The notes: generated from the sequence alone by a model not told the origin. A stretch of 64,000 bases of DNA from Chloroflexota bacterium (GCA_041918515.1 JAYRVO010000064.1:23050-87049), one strand, 5' to 3'. Positions 10,127-21,568 are shown, counted from the first letter of the stretch. Program-made: numbers and translations.

Positions 10127-10408
10127 ATGACATCCAACACCCTCGAACAGCTTTGGGCCACGATCCAGGCCCGCAAAACGACGATGCCGGAGGGAAGTTA
10201 CACCGCCTTCCTCTTCCAAAAGGGCGAGAACGAGATCCTGAAAAAATTGGGCGAAGAGGCCGTGGAGGTGATCATCGCTGCCAAAGGTGAGGGAGACGAG
10301 CGCGTGATCTACGAGTCGGCGGACGTGATCTATCACCTGATGGTGTTGCTGGCCGCGCGCGGTCTGAGGTGGGAACAGATCGAGGCCGAGTTGGCGCGGC
10401 GCTTCTAA
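10127..10408 (+). CDS. hisE: phosphoribosyl-ATP pyrophosphatase
   Basis: [49 protein letters not shown] is the HisE (MazG-like) signature. Confidence 0.8.
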   Translation: MTSNTLEQLWATIQARKTTMPEGSYTAFLFQKGENEILKKLGEEAVEVIIAAKGEGDERVIYESADVIYHLMVLLAARGLRWEQIEAELARRF

Positions 10409-10446
10409 TTCGGTGCGCCGGGCTGCGCGACCATTTTCTGACCAAA

Positions 10447-10485
10447 ACGTCTGCTTGATCAGCAGGCGTTTTTGTTTTTCTACTC
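10447..10485 (+). terminator. rho-independent terminator after hisE
   Basis: acgtctgcttgatcagcaggcgt stem-loop followed by ttttgttttt. Confidence 0.6.
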
Positions 10486-10503
10486 ATCAAAGGAGGATTT
10501 CAC

Positions 10504-11469
10504 ATGGTTTCACACTTCTCCCCGACCTTTTCCCGGCGTCTGTTCCTGGCTCTAACCATCGTTTTGATGGTGCTGACGACGGCGGTGTTCGTGGGGCCGG
10601 TCAGCGCCTCTGCCAGCAATTCATCCGCACCATCCAGCCAGAGCAACAGCCCGACCTGCCGTTGGTATGTCGTCAAGCGCGGGGATACGTTGCGCAAGCT
10701 GGCGACGCGTTTTGGCGTTTCGGTCGCAGACATCGTTCGCGCCAATCACCTTGCCAATGCCGACCGCATCACCATCGGCCAGCGCTTGTGCATTCCCGTC
10801 CAGCCGCGCCCGACGCCGGCGCCGAAGACTTGGCCGGCGCCCGATGTTGCCATCGAGTTGTTCTCACCCGTGTCGGGTGGTCGCTACCACAGCCCCATCG
10901 AGATCATCGGCTTCGCGCGGACGTTCGAGGGCAATGTGAACATTCGGCTCAAGCTGGAGGATGGCACACTTCTGGCGGAGCGCAATGTTACGGGCGGGAG
11001 CACTGCGCACGCTTTCTTCCAGAGTTCTCTTCGCTTCGAAACGTTCACAGAGGAACCGGCGCCCGGTCTTCTGGAGGTTTTCGAGACCAGCGCCGTGGAT
11101 GGCGCCGAGATCAACAAGGTGACGATTCCCCTTACGCTTGCGCCTGGCCAGCGCGTGCTCGATATCACCGGGCCGCGAGTGGGCGCGCGCGTATGCAATC
11201 CGGTTTTGGTGACCGGCTACTCGTTTACTTTCGAGGGCAACCTGGCGCTCAGCGCGCAACAGCGCGATGGTGCGCCGATCTGGGAGGGCTTTGCCACCGG
11301 CGGCGGCGGAGATTATCGCGACTGGAGCGCTTCGGCCGGCCCCCTGACTCCGCCCGCTCCTTTTGTTCTCCTCAGCATCCGGGAACCGAGCGCGCTGGAC
11401 GGCGCAGCCATCGACGAGACGCGCATCCCGGTCACGCTGCTGCCCGCCGGAGACCAGGCATGCCCTTGA
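10504..11469 (+). CDS. secreted LysM domain protein with two Gmad2 (Ig-like) domains
   Basis: Signal peptide/TM region. LysM (YVVKRGDTLRKLATRFGVSVADIVRANHL..IGQRLCIP). Repeated YHSPIEIIGFARTFEGNV / NPVLVTGYSFTFEGN Gmad2-like modules. Confidence 0.7.
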   Translation: MVSHFSPTFSRRLFLALTIVLMVLTTAVFVGPVSASASNSSAPSSQSNSPTCRWYVVKRGDTLRKLATRFGVSVADIVRANHLANADRITIGQRLCIPVQPRPTPAPKTWPAPDVAIELFSPVSGGRYHSPIEIIGFARTFEGNVNIRLKLEDGTLLAERNVTGGSTAHAFFQSSLRFETFTEEPAPGLLEVFETSAVDGAEINKVTIPLTLAPGQRVLDITGPRVGARVCNPVLVTGYSFTFEGNLALSAQQRDGAPIWEGFATGGGGDYRDWSASAGPLTPPAPFVLLSIREPSALDGAAIDETRIPVTLLPAGDQACP

Positions 11470-11657
11470 GTATTGCTACGGGCGGCGCGCCCATAACTTC
11501 TGACCTGGCTCTACGTCAATGTCTTCATAGTTTCTTGCCCAGGTAAGCATTTCCCCGGCTACCACTGCCGTCATCCATCTGCCAAAACGTAGCTATTCGG
11601 CCTTTCCCCAAGCTGAATCTGCGACTGCTCTGGCCCTACCATCCTGCTGAGGTTGCC

Positions 11658-12437
11658 ATGAACTCGCAGACTCACCGCGCACAGTTGTTGCGCGCCATGA
11701 TGCACAGTCTCACTCACGTTCCCGATCTCTCGATCCCGGCTCATCACGATGTTCTTTCCCAACCCTATCCTATCGCTGAAGCCCCCCCCCTCCCACACCC
11801 CTGGCAGATGGCGGCGGCGCCGATCGAGGTCTTCTCACCGATGGCGGCGGGCGCTTACCACAGCCCCATGGAAGTCATTGGCTGCATCCACTCTGCCAGC
11901 GATAGGATCAATATCCGTCTTGCCGACGCGCGGGGAGAAATCATCGCCAGGCGCACTTTGCAAGTCAAGCCAGGCGACGCTGTATTCTTCCACACCTATC
12001 TGCGCTTTGAAACCTATCTGGAGCAGAATGCCATGCTGGAAGTATGCGAGCGCAGCGTCGATGATGGCAGCGAGATCAATCAGGTTCGCTTGCCCGTGAC
12101 CATTACGCCGGGGCAACGCTATATCGATCTGACATCGCCCACCGTGGGCGCAAACGTGGCCAACCCCGTTCTTGTTTCGGGGTACTCCAACACGTTCGAA
12201 GCAAATGTCATTGTCGAACTGAGCTACCGTGAAGGCGGCTATCTCGTGCGACAACCGGCCAAAGGCGGCAATTATGGCTTGTACCGCGACTTTCATCTTA
12301 CCTTCGACGAGGTGCTGTCCACCCCACGCGCGGCGTTCATCAGCGCTTACGAACTCGATCCGGGCAGCGGTGCCGCCATCGACCAGACGCGCATTCCGAT
12401 TACTTTGTTGTCACTCGATGCCAGGTGCTACAGCTAA
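11658..12437 (+). CDS. Gmad2 domain protein (paralog of the upstream gene, no LysM)
   Basis: YHSPMEVIGCIHSASDRINIRL and NPVLVSGYSNTFEANV modules parallel those of the 10504 gene. Confidence 0.55.
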   Translation: MNSQTHRAQLLRAMMHSLTHVPDLSIPAHHDVLSQPYPIAEAPPLPHPWQMAAAPIEVFSPMAAGAYHSPMEVIGCIHSASDRINIRLADARGEIIARRTLQVKPGDAVFFHTYLRFETYLEQNAMLEVCERSVDDGSEINQVRLPVTITPGQRYIDLTSPTVGANVANPVLVSGYSNTFEANVIVELSYREGGYLVRQPAKGGNYGLYRDFHLTFDEVLSTPRAAFISAYELDPGSGAAIDQTRIPITLLSLDARCYS

Positions 12438-12457
12438 TGGGTGCTGTTTTTGCCTCC

Positions 12458-12497
12458 CATCTCGCTCCACTCCCCGGCTCGCAGGTCGGGGAGTGGC
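12458..12497 (+). terminator. rho-independent terminator
   Basis: ccactccccggctcgcaggtcggggagtgg hairpin followed by ccttttttg. Confidence 0.7.
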
Positions 12498-12585
12498 CTT
12501 TTTTGAACGAAGCGAAAAGTTGGTTCGCTGTTCGACCATCTGCTACAATCTTCACGAAATGGTCTGGTTGAAACCACCAGTTTGA

Positions 12586-14127
<1,542 letters not shown>

Positions 14128-14177
14128 ATTCGGCAACCACGAAGACACGAAGAAACAAAAACACGAAGACAGTAAAG

Positions 14178-14570
14178 ATGGCTCATCTCCCCATTTCTGA
14201 ACAGGAAGAGCATATCGCCAGGCATATTGTGGACGCGGCGTTTACGGTTCACCGCACGCTTGGGCCTGGTCTGCTGGAGAGCGTGTATGAAGTTTGTTTC
14301 TGCCACGAGCTTGCTAAACGAGGCCTGTCACACCAACGACAGGTTGTCGTACCGATTCTTTACGATGGCCTCTGCATCGATGATGGCCTGCGGCTCGATG
14401 TTCTTGTCGAAGAGTTGGTCATTTGCGAATTGAAAGCCGTGGAAGTGGTTCATCCTGTATTTACGGCGCAATTGCTGACCTATCTGAAACTGACCGAAAA
14501 ACGGCTGGGATTTCTCATCAACTTCAATGTGCCCTTGATCAAGCAGGGTATCCAACGCTTTGTTCTTTGA
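14178..14570 (+). CDS. GxxExxY protein (PD-(D/E)xK nuclease-like fold family)
   Basis: 131 aa. GPGLLESVYEVCFCHEL is the GxxExxY motif. Conserved ..GFLINFN C-terminus. Confidence 0.65.
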   Translation: MAHLPISEQEEHIARHIVDAAFTVHRTLGPGLLESVYEVCFCHELAKRGLSHQRQVVVPILYDGLCIDDGLRLDVLVEELVICELKAVEVVHPVFTAQLLTYLKLTEKRLGFLINFNVPLIKQGIQRFVL

Positions 14571-14940
14571 ACTTTGTGCCTTTGTGTCTTCGTGGTGAAT
14601 ATAACCACCTCCACTTTCACACCAGCCATGCTCTTCCGCTCCTTGTTCTTTGACCTTCGTGCCTTTGTGTCTTCGTGGTGAATATAACCACCTCCACTTT
14701 CACGCCAGCTATGCGCTTCCGCTCCTTGTTCTTTGACCTTCGTGCCTTTGTGTCTTCGTGGTGAATATAACCACCTCCACTTTCACGCCAGCTATGCGCT
14801 TCTGCTCCTTGTTCTTTGACCTTCGTGCCTTTGTGTCTTCGTGGTGAATATAACCACCTCCACTTTCACACCAGCTATGCGCTTCCGCTCCTTGTTCTTT
14901 GACCTTCGTGCCTTTGTGTCTTCGTGGTGGATGGAGTTTT
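14561..14940. repeat. 83-bp tandem repeat, about 4.6 copies
   Basis: The motif tgttctttga recurs at 14561, 14644, 14727, 14810 and 14893 (period 83). Unit: ..gtgcctttgtgtcttcgtggtgaatataaccacctccactttcac(g/a)ccagc(c/t)atgcgcttc(c/t)gctccttgttctttgacc. An imperfect inverted copy (cacgaagacacgaag) lies at 14130-14170. Confidence 0.9.
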
Positions 14941-14945
14941 GACTG

Positions 14946-17900
14946 ATGTATTTCCGCCTTGAACTTACCCCCCGCCGCGGCCCGGACGACGGCCGCGCCA
15001 AAGCCACCCTGGCCACTTGCCGCGCCCTCGGCCTGACCGACCTCCCCCCCGTCGTCGTCTCCGACCTCTACTTCCTCGACGCCGACTTGTCCTTGCCCGA
15101 AGTCGAAGCCCTGGCCGCCACCGCCCTCCTCGACCCCGTCGCCGCCGAGCTTGTCGTTCAGCCACAGCCACAGCCATCGTCCATCGTCCATCGTCCATCG
15201 TCCGTCGAAATCACCTTCCTCCCTGGCGTCACCGACAGCGTGGCCGACAACCTGCTGGCGGTGGCGCACAGCCTGGGCTACGAAAACGTGCGGGCGGCGG
15301 CATCCGGCTTGAGCTACAGCTTCCTCGGCGAAGTCACCCCCACTGACCTCGACCACATCGCCCGCGACCTTTTGGCGAACGGCACCGTGCAACGCTATGT
15401 GATCGGCCAGCAGATTGCGCCGCCGTTCGTGGAAACGCACGAGCTGGCCGCGGGTGAGCGTTTGGTCGAGACCATCGCCATTCGAGATCAGGGCGAAACC
15501 GGGCTGCTCGCTCTCAGCCGTGAGCGCCGCCTCAGCCTCGATCTGGCAGAGATGCAAGCGATCCAGGCGTATTTTCGCAGTGAAGGTCGCGAGCCAACCG
15601 ATGTCGAGCTGGAAACCCTGGCGCAGACCTGGTCCGAGCATTGTGTGCACAAAACGTTTCGGGCGGAGGTGGAGTACCGGAGCGAGGAGGGAGATATCCC
15701 CGCTTCTTCGCCTCCCGTTTCCTCGCCTCTCCTCATCGACGGCCTGCTGAAGACGTATATCCGGGCAGCGACGGAGGCGGTGAATAAGCCGTGGGTGCGC
15801 TCAGCGTTTGTGGACAACGCCGGCATCATCGCCTTCGACGACACGTTCGACCTGGCCTTCAAGGTGGAAACGCACAACCACCCCTCGGTGCTGGAGCCGT
15901 TCGGCGGAGCGGACACGGGTGTGGGCGGGGTCATCCGCGACATTTTGGGCGTCAGCGCCAAGCCCATCGCCAACACCGACGTGCTCTGCTTTGGGCCGGA
16001 AGACTTGCCGGATGACAAACTCCCGGCCGGGGTGCTGCACCCGCGCCGCGTCGCCGCCGGGGTCATCCACGGCATCGAAGATTACGGCAACAAGATGGGC
16101 ATCCCCACCGTGAATGGAGCCGTGCACTATCATCCCGGCTACACCGCCAACCCGCTGGTCTATTGCGGTTGCCTGGGCATTTTGCCGCGCGGCAGCCACC
16201 GTTCGTTGCACGAAGCGCAGGCTGGCGACCTCATCGTCGCCATCGGCGGGCGCACGGGGCGCGACGGGCTGCGCGGGGCCACGTTCTCCAGCATGGAAAT
16301 GGATCACACCACCGGGGCCATCGCCAGCACCGCCGTGCAGATCGGCAACCCCATCGTCGAAAAGCAAGTGATGGAGGTGATCCTGCGGGCGCGCGACGCT
16401 AGGCTGTACAACGCCATCACCGACTGCGGCGCCGGCGGATTCAGCTCGGCGGTGGGCGAGATGGGCGAGCACGTGGGCGCGAGCGTGCAGCTTCAGGGCG
16501 TTCCGCTCAAATATCCGGGCTTGCAGCCGTGGGAGATTTGGCTTTCGGAGGCGCAAGAGCGCATGGTGCTGGCCATCTCGCCAGCCCATTGGCTGGCATT
16601 CCAGCAGATTTGCCGGGCGCACGATGTCGAAGCCAGCATCCTGGGCGAGTTCGATGGCTCCGGCCGATTGCGCGTGGCCTACGGCGAGACAATCGTGGCC
16701 GATCTCGACATGCACTTCCTGCACGATGGCGTCCCCCGCCGCCGCCTCACGGCCGTTTGGTCCCCGCCCGACCTGGCCAACCCCAACCCCGCCTCCTCGC
16801 CTCCTCCCCACCTCGCCTCCTCACTCCTCCGCCTCCTCGCCTCCGCCAACATCCGTTCGCGTGCCCCCATCATCCACCGCTACGACCATGAAGTCCAGGG
16901 CGGAACGGCTGTCAAGCCGCTAGTCGGGGTCGATCAGTGCGGGCCGAGCGACGCAGCAGTCGTGATCCCCCAACCGCTCCTCGCCTCCTCTTCCCCACCC
17001 GCAACTCGCCACCCGTTTCCCGCAGCCGTTTTGTCCGCCGGCCTCAACCCCCGCTACGGCCTCATCGACCCGTATGCTATGGCCTGGGCCTGCGTGGACG
17101 AGGCTTTTCGCAATGCCGTGACTGTGGGCGCTGACCCCGACCGTATCGCCATCCTCGACAATTTTTGCTGGGGCAACCCCAATCTACCCGACCGCCTTGG
17201 CGCGCTCGTGCGCTGCGCCCAGGGCTGTTTCGATGCTGCCATCGTTTATCAAACGCCTTTCATCTCTGGCAAAGATAGCTTGAACAATGAGTACATGGGC
17301 GAGGATGGCCAGAAGCACGCCATCCCCGGAACCCTGCTCATCTCCGCCCTCGGCATTGTCCCGGATGTGACCCGCACGACCACGAGTGACCTGAAAGCGC
17401 CCGGCGATTATCTTTATCTTTTGGGCGAGACTCGCCCCGAACTCGGCGGCTCGGCCTATCTCGACCTGCTCGGCGAAATCGGCACTTCCGTCCCCCAATC
17501 CTATCCTGCCCCGCTCGACCGCCTGCGCGCTCTGCACGGGGCCATCGCCGCCGGACTCGTGCGCGCCTGCCACGACCTCAGCGAAGGCGGGCTGGCCGTG
17601 GCCCTGGCCGAAATGTGCATCGGCGGCGGTTTGGGAGCGGAAATCAACCTGTCAAGCATTCCTCCCCAATCCTCAATAACCAATACCCAATTACTTTTCT
17701 CCGAATCCCTCGGCCGCTTCCTGATCGAGGTCGAGCCTGGCCATGCGGTCGAGTTCGAAGCGATGCTGGCAGGGCAGCCCGTGGCGTCGATCGGACGGGT
17801 GACCGCCGAGAAGAATATGGTTCTTGACGCTGGAACTGAGCGCGTCGAGGTCTCGATTGCCGACCTGAATCATGCTTTCTGTGGAGAACCGGCGCCATGA
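14946..17900 (+). CDS. purL: phosphoribosylformylglycinamidine synthase subunit PurL with N-terminal PurS-like extension
   Basis: 984 aa. PurL AIR-synthase-related domains (HKTFRAEVEY, ETHNHPSVLEPFGGADTGVGGVIRD, AIGGRTGRDG). Contains several in-frame low-complexity repeat inserts. Confidence 0.85.
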   Translation: MYFRLELTPRRGPDDGRAKATLATCRALGLTDLPPVVVSDLYFLDADLSLPEVEALAATALLDPVAAELVVQPQPQPSSIVHRPSSVEITFLPGVTDSVADNLLAVAHSLGYENVRAAASGLSYSFLGEVTPTDLDHIARDLLANGTVQRYVIGQQIAPPFVETHELAAGERLVETIAIRDQGETGLLALSRERRLSLDLAEMQAIQAYFRSEGREPTDVELETLAQTWSEHCVHKTFRAEVEYRSEEGDIPASSPPVSSPLLIDGLLKTYIRAATEAVNKPWVRSAFVDNAGIIAFDDTFDLAFKVETHNHPSVLEPFGGADTGVGGVIRDILGVSAKPIANTDVLCFGPEDLPDDKLPAGVLHPRRVAAGVIHGIEDYGNKMGIPTVNGAVHYHPGYTANPLVYCGCLGILPRGSHRSLHEAQAGDLIVAIGGRTGRDGLRGATFSSMEMDHTTGAIASTAVQIGNPIVEKQVMEVILRARDARLYNAITDCGAGGFSSAVGEMGEHVGASVQLQGVPLKYPGLQPWEIWLSEAQERMVLAISPAHWLAFQQICRAHDVEASILGEFDGSGRLRVAYGETIVADLDMHFLHDGVPRRRLTAVWSPPDLANPNPASSPPPHLASSLLRLLASANIRSRAPIIHRYDHEVQGGTAVKPLVGVDQCGPSDAAVVIPQPLLASSSPPATRHPFPAAVLSAGLNPRYGLIDPYAMAWACVDEAFRNAVTVGADPDRIAILDNFCWGNPNLPDRLGALVRCAQGCFDAAIVYQTPFISGKDSLNNEYMGEDGQKHAIPGTLLISALGIVPDVTRTTTSDLKAPGDYLYLLGETRPELGGSAYLDLLGEIGTSVPQSYPAPLDRLRALHGAIAAGLVRACHDLSEGGLAVALAEMCIGGGLGAEINLSSIPPQSSITNTQLLFSESLGRFLIEVEPGHAVEFEAMLAGQPVASIGRVTAEKNMVLDAGTERVEVSIADLNHAFCGEPAP

Positions 17901-18490
17901 CAACCGGATCACCATCCCCTGCCGGCCTGCCCATTCTGCTGTTCACGAACCCGCAAGAATGGGCCGATTGGCTCGACCGCTATCACGCCGATGCTGCTGG
18001 CGTGTGGCTACGCCTGGCGAAGAAGGCATCCAGCCTGACGTCCGTGACTTACGACGAGGCGGTGGAGGTGGGGCTGTGTTATGGCTGGATCGATGGCCAG
18101 AGCAAGCGCTATGACGCCGATTCATGGCTACAGAAGTTCACGCCGCGTTCGTCCAAGAGCATTTGGTCGAAAGTGAACACGCAAAAGGCGCAGAGACTGA
18201 TCGCAGAGGCCCGGATGAAACCGGCGGGGCTGCGGGAGGTGGAGCGCGCCAAGCAAGATGGACGTTGGGCAGCGGCGTATGACCCCCAGAGCACGGCTGT
18301 CGTTCCCGAAGATTTGCAGGTCGAACTCGACGACAATCCGGAGGCGAAGGCATTCTTCCAGACTCTCGACAGCCGCAATCGTTACGCCATCCTGTTCCGC
18401 ATCCAGACCGCCAACAAGCCCGAGACCCGCGTAAAGCGAATTCAGCAATTTATGGCCATGCTGGCGAAAGGGGAGAAGTTGTATCCATGA
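17897..18490 (+). CDS. YdeI/OmpD-associated family protein
   Basis: GVWLRLAKK..YDEAVEVGLCYGWIDGQSKRYDADSWLQKFTPRSSKSIWSKVN pattern. Overlaps the purL stop. Confidence 0.65.
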   Translation: MTTGSPSPAGLPILLFTNPQEWADWLDRYHADAAGVWLRLAKKASSLTSVTYDEAVEVGLCYGWIDGQSKRYDADSWLQKFTPRSSKSIWSKVNTQKAQRLIAEARMKPAGLREVERAKQDGRWAAAYDPQSTAVVPEDLQVELDDNPEAKAFFQTLDSRNRYAILFRIQTANKPETRVKRIQQFMAMLAKGEKLYP

Positions 18491-18555
18491 TACCCATCGC
18501 CATCCTCCACGCCCCCGGCACGAACCGGGACACCGACGCCGCTATCGCTTGTTAG
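18487..18555 (+). pseudogene. remnant duplicate of purQ 5' end
   Basis: ATGATACCCATCGCCATCCTCCACGCCCCCGGCACGAACCGGGACACCGACGCCGCTATCGCT is near-identical to the genuine purQ start at 19318 (MIPIAILHAPGTNRDTDAAIA vs MPPPPIAILHAPGTNRDTDAAIA). Terminated by TAG, then the TA cassette. Confidence 0.55.
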
Positions 18556-18981
18556 TTAGCCAGTCTTCCAAGCTTCGCTTAGGAAGCCACGTGGGGTGAC
18601 AATAGCAACGCCACGGAATGGATTGAGCCGAAGCAAATCACTATCTCCACTCACAATGCACTTTGCATTCCCACTGACCGCAAGCTCGATAAACTTATCG
18701 TCGCTAGGGTGACGGCAAGCTCGGATACGTTCGGCCGCTTCGATGAGTTTGGTTTCCCGCAGTAGCACAGCCAGGAATTCAAGTCGTTCCTCTTCACTTA
18801 CATACCTGGCAAAACCAGGACGCCCCAGCACTTCATTCAGCTCAGAGAGAGTCTCCACAGAAACGAGCAGATCACCATCGGCGATTGCTTTATCGAAAGC
18901 TTGACGTGGCAGCGAATGCTTCAATAAAGCTGCACCAACAACCGCATTCGTATCGAACACGAAACGTGGTCTAACGCTCAC
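18556..18981 (-). CDS. PIN domain toxin (type II TA system)
   Basis: RFVFDTNAVV..(acidic residues)..CIVSGDSDLL layout of PIN nucleases. 141 aa. Confidence 0.7.
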   Translation of the reverse strand: MSVRPRFVFDTNAVVGAALLKHSLPRQAFDKAIADGDLLVSVETLSELNEVLGRPGFARYVSEEERLEFLAVLLRETKLIEAAERIRACRHPSDDKFIELAVSGNAKCIVSGDSDLLRLNPFRGVAIVTPRGFLSEAWKTG

Positions 18982-19198
18982 GTAGCAACTCTTCGAGTTT
19001 TTCTTCAGTCAATCCACGTTCCATTGCTTTGTCACTCATTTCATCCATGATGTTGGCTAAAGAACTAGAACGAGTCGCGTATTCACGTAGCCAAAGATTC
19101 ATCAGCATCTGTAGTTTTGATTTGGTCTCTTTCGATGCCGAACGATAGGCTTGTGCTAATTCGGAATCGACTTGCAGTGTGACAGTGGCAAGCGCCAT
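18971..19198 (-). CDS. antitoxin (cognate to PIN toxin), start uncertain (19198-19246)
   Basis: Small ORF overlapping the PIN start by 11 nt (MALATVTLQVDSELAQAY...EEKLEELLRER). Confidence 0.5.
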   Translation of the reverse strand: MALATVTLQVDSELAQAYRSASKETKSKLQMLMNLWLREYATRSSSLANIMDEMSDKAMERGLTEEKLEELLRER

Positions 19199-19317
19199 TT
19201 CGTTTCGCTCCTGTAATCCATTTGAGGAACTCATCATGCTGTTCACATTATAGCACCCTCATCCTGGTCTCCTCAATTCCTCGCCCCTTCGCCCCCTCAA
19301 CTCCCTCGCCTCACCCC

Positions 19318-20136
19318 ATGCCCCCACCTCCCATCGCCATCCTCCACGCCCCCGGCACCAACCGGGATACCGACGCCGCCATCGCTTTCGAGCTGGCTGG
19401 CGGCAGCCCTGAAATCGTCCACGTCAACCAACTTCTCGCTGGCGAACGCCGCCTCGCTGACTACGCCCTGCTCGTCGTTCCCGGCGGCTTCTCGTATGGC
19501 GACGACCTGGGCGCGGGCAAACTGTGGGCCGTGCGCCTGCTGCACGATCTCGGCGAGCAGCTTCGTGCTTTTGCGGATGCGGGCAAACCCATCCTCGGCA
19601 TCTGCAACGGATTCCAGGTGCTGGTGAAGACGGGGCTGCTGCCGGGAGCAGGGGACGAAGGTGGCAAGTGGCAGGCGGCAATCTCCAATAACCAATCTCC
19701 AATAACCAATCTCCAACTCGCCACCCTCACCCGCAACGAATCCGCGCATTTCGAATGCCGATGGGTGTGGCTAGAGCCGAATGTTGCCAATCGTTCACCC
19801 TGGTTGGCCGGACTCGACCGCATCCATTGCCCGGTAGCGCATGGCGAAGGCAACTTCATGACCCGCGACGCCGCTGCACTCGATGCCATCCTGTCGCAAA
19901 ACCTCGTTGCCTTCAGCTATGTCGATGCCGATGGCCGCCCCGGCCCCTATCCGATCAACCCCAACGGCTCGGCCGCCGACATCGCCGGCGTGACGAACGC
20001 CAGCGGCAACATCCTCGGCCTGATGCCACATCCCGAAGACCATATCTTTCCCTGGCAGCACCCGGCGTTCCATCGCGGCACGGCCGGCTGTTCCGGTCTG
20101 AAACTTTTCCAGAATGGCGTCTCCATGACAAAGTGA
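19318..20136 (+). CDS. purQ: phosphoribosylformylglycinamidine synthase subunit PurQ (glutamine amidotransferase)
   Basis: IAILHAPGTNRD, GGFSYGDD, GICNGFQVL (Cys) and HPE motifs. Contains an in-frame ccaataacc/ccaatctcc insert ([17 protein letters not shown]). Confidence 0.85.
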   Translation: MPPPPIAILHAPGTNRDTDAAIAFELAGGSPEIVHVNQLLAGERRLADYALLVVPGGFSYGDDLGAGKLWAVRLLHDLGEQLRAFADAGKPILGICNGFQVLVKTGLLPGAGDEGGKWQAAISNNQSPITNLQLATLTRNESAHFECRWVWLEPNVANRSPWLAGLDRIHCPVAHGEGNFMTRDAAALDAILSQNLVAFSYVDADGRPGPYPINPNGSAADIAGVTNASGNILGLMPHPEDHIFPWQHPAFHRGTAGCSGLKLFQNGVSMTK

Positions 20137-20212
20137 CTGGGTGACAAGGTGACAAGGTGATCGCAGCGACATCACCTTGTCACCTTGTCACCTTGTCACC
20201 TTGCCACCGTAT
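20137..20212. repeat. GGTGACAA-family octamer hairpin
   Basis: gtgacaaggtgacaaggtgatcgcagcgacatcaccttgtcaccttgtcaccttgtcacc, a perfect inverted arrangement. Confidence 0.85.
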
Positions 20213-20236
20213 CAAGCAACCCAAGGATCTCCCACC

Positions 20237-21508
20237 ATGACTGTCACCGCAATCGTCGGCGCCCAATGGGGCGATGAAGGCAAAGGCCGCATCATCGACA
20301 ACCTGGCCCAGCAGGCCGATGTCGTCATCCGCTTTCAGGGCGGCGACAACGCCGGCCACACCGTCATCAACCAGTTCGGCAAACACGCCCTCCATCTCGT
20401 CCCCAGCGGCATCTTCAACCCCGCCACCCAAAACATCATCGGCACGGGCTGCGTCGTCAACCCGCAATCGCTGTTGGCCGAGCTGGAAGGTCTGACCGCC
20501 GCTGGGGTCAACCTCGATAACCTGTGGATCAGCTCCCGCGCTCAAATGCTGCTGCCCTATCATCGCACGCTGGATGTGCTGGAAGAAGGTGCGCGGGGCA
20601 AAGACACCATCGGCACCACCAAGCGCGGCATCGGCCCGGCCTATGCCGATAAATCCGCTCGCGCGGGCTTGCGCATGGGCGACTTGCTCCAACCCGATTG
20701 GCTGGAATCCCGGCTGGATAGCGCACTCGGCAGCGTCAACCGCAAGCTGCAAATCCTGGGCGGCGAACTTATCGACGGCTCGGAATTGTACGCGTTGTGC
20801 CTGGAGTTCAGAGAAAAGCTGGGGCGACGGATCATCGACACCGTCCCCATGATCCGCCGTTCGCTCGAAATCGGCGCCGACATCTTGCTGGAAGGCCAGC
20901 TCGGCGTCATGCGCGACCTCGATTGGGGCATCTACCCCTATGTGACCAGCAGCAACCCCACTGCCGCCTATGCCGCCAGCGGGGCCGGACTGCCCGCCCG
21001 CTGCATCGACCGCGTCATCGGCGTCGTCAAAGCCTACAGTACGGCTGTGGGCGACGGCCCCTTCCCCACCGAACTGCACGACGCCGACGGCCAGAAACTG
21101 CGCGAGATCGGCCAGGAGTTCGGGGCCACCACCGGCCGGCCCCGGCGCTGCGGCTGGTTCGACGGCGTGGCCATTGGTTATGCCGCCTGGCTTAACGGCA
21201 TGACTGGCCTGGCCATCACCAAGCTGGATGTGCTCGACGCCTTCGAGACGATCAAAATCTGCACGGGCTACCGCCTGCCTTCGGGCGAGATCATCACCGA
21301 TTCCATGCCCGCCACCCCCACGCTCTACCAAGTCACGCCGGTGTACGAAGCCTGGGACGGCTGGCTGACCTCGACCGCCGACTGCCGCCGTTGGGACGAT
21401 CTGCCCAAGCAGGCGCGGGCCTACATCCACCGCCTGAGCGAATTGGCCGGGATCAAGGTCGATTATGTGTCCGTCGGGCCGGAGCGGGAGCAGATGTTTG
21501 CGGTTTGA
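20237..21508 (+). CDS. purA: adenylosuccinate synthetase
   Basis: [21 protein letters not shown] and [10 protein letters not shown] motifs with GTP-binding elements. Confidence 0.92.
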   Translation: MTVTAIVGAQWGDEGKGRIIDNLAQQADVVIRFQGGDNAGHTVINQFGKHALHLVPSGIFNPATQNIIGTGCVVNPQSLLAELEGLTAAGVNLDNLWISSRAQMLLPYHRTLDVLEEGARGKDTIGTTKRGIGPAYADKSARAGLRMGDLLQPDWLESRLDSALGSVNRKLQILGGELIDGSELYALCLEFREKLGRRIIDTVPMIRRSLEIGADILLEGQLGVMRDLDWGIYPYVTSSNPTAAYAASGAGLPARCIDRVIGVVKAYSTAVGDGPFPTELHDADGQKLREIGQEFGATTGRPRRCGWFDGVAIGYAAWLNGMTGLAITKLDVLDAFETIKICTGYRLPSGEIITDSMPATPTLYQVTPVYEAWDGWLTSTADCRRWDDLPKQARAYIHRLSELAGIKVDYVSVGPEREQMFAV

Positions 21509-21568
21509 CCCACCGCCTGCGACGGGATAGAATGCGAGTAATCGGAATTTCGGAAATCAGGAGGAGCT

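Noticed and set aside
10413-11546. 377-aa + strand ORF overlapping the LysM/Gmad2 gene in another frame
   Set aside because: Arg/Gly/Pro-rich low-complexity translation typical of an off-frame GC-rich CDS. The LysM frame has clear domains.
15801-16811. 336-aa minus-strand ORF antisense to purL; similarly 53835-55028 antisense to smc and 60490-62445 antisense to glmS
   Set aside because: All are antisense to strongly supported genes and show Arg/Gly/Ala-rich composition without motifs, the pattern expected from GC-rich codon bias.
20180-21430. 416-aa minus-strand ORF antisense to purA
   Set aside because: High-GC antisense frame artefact. Gly/Ala/Arg-rich, no motifs, and fully overlapped by a well-supported purA.
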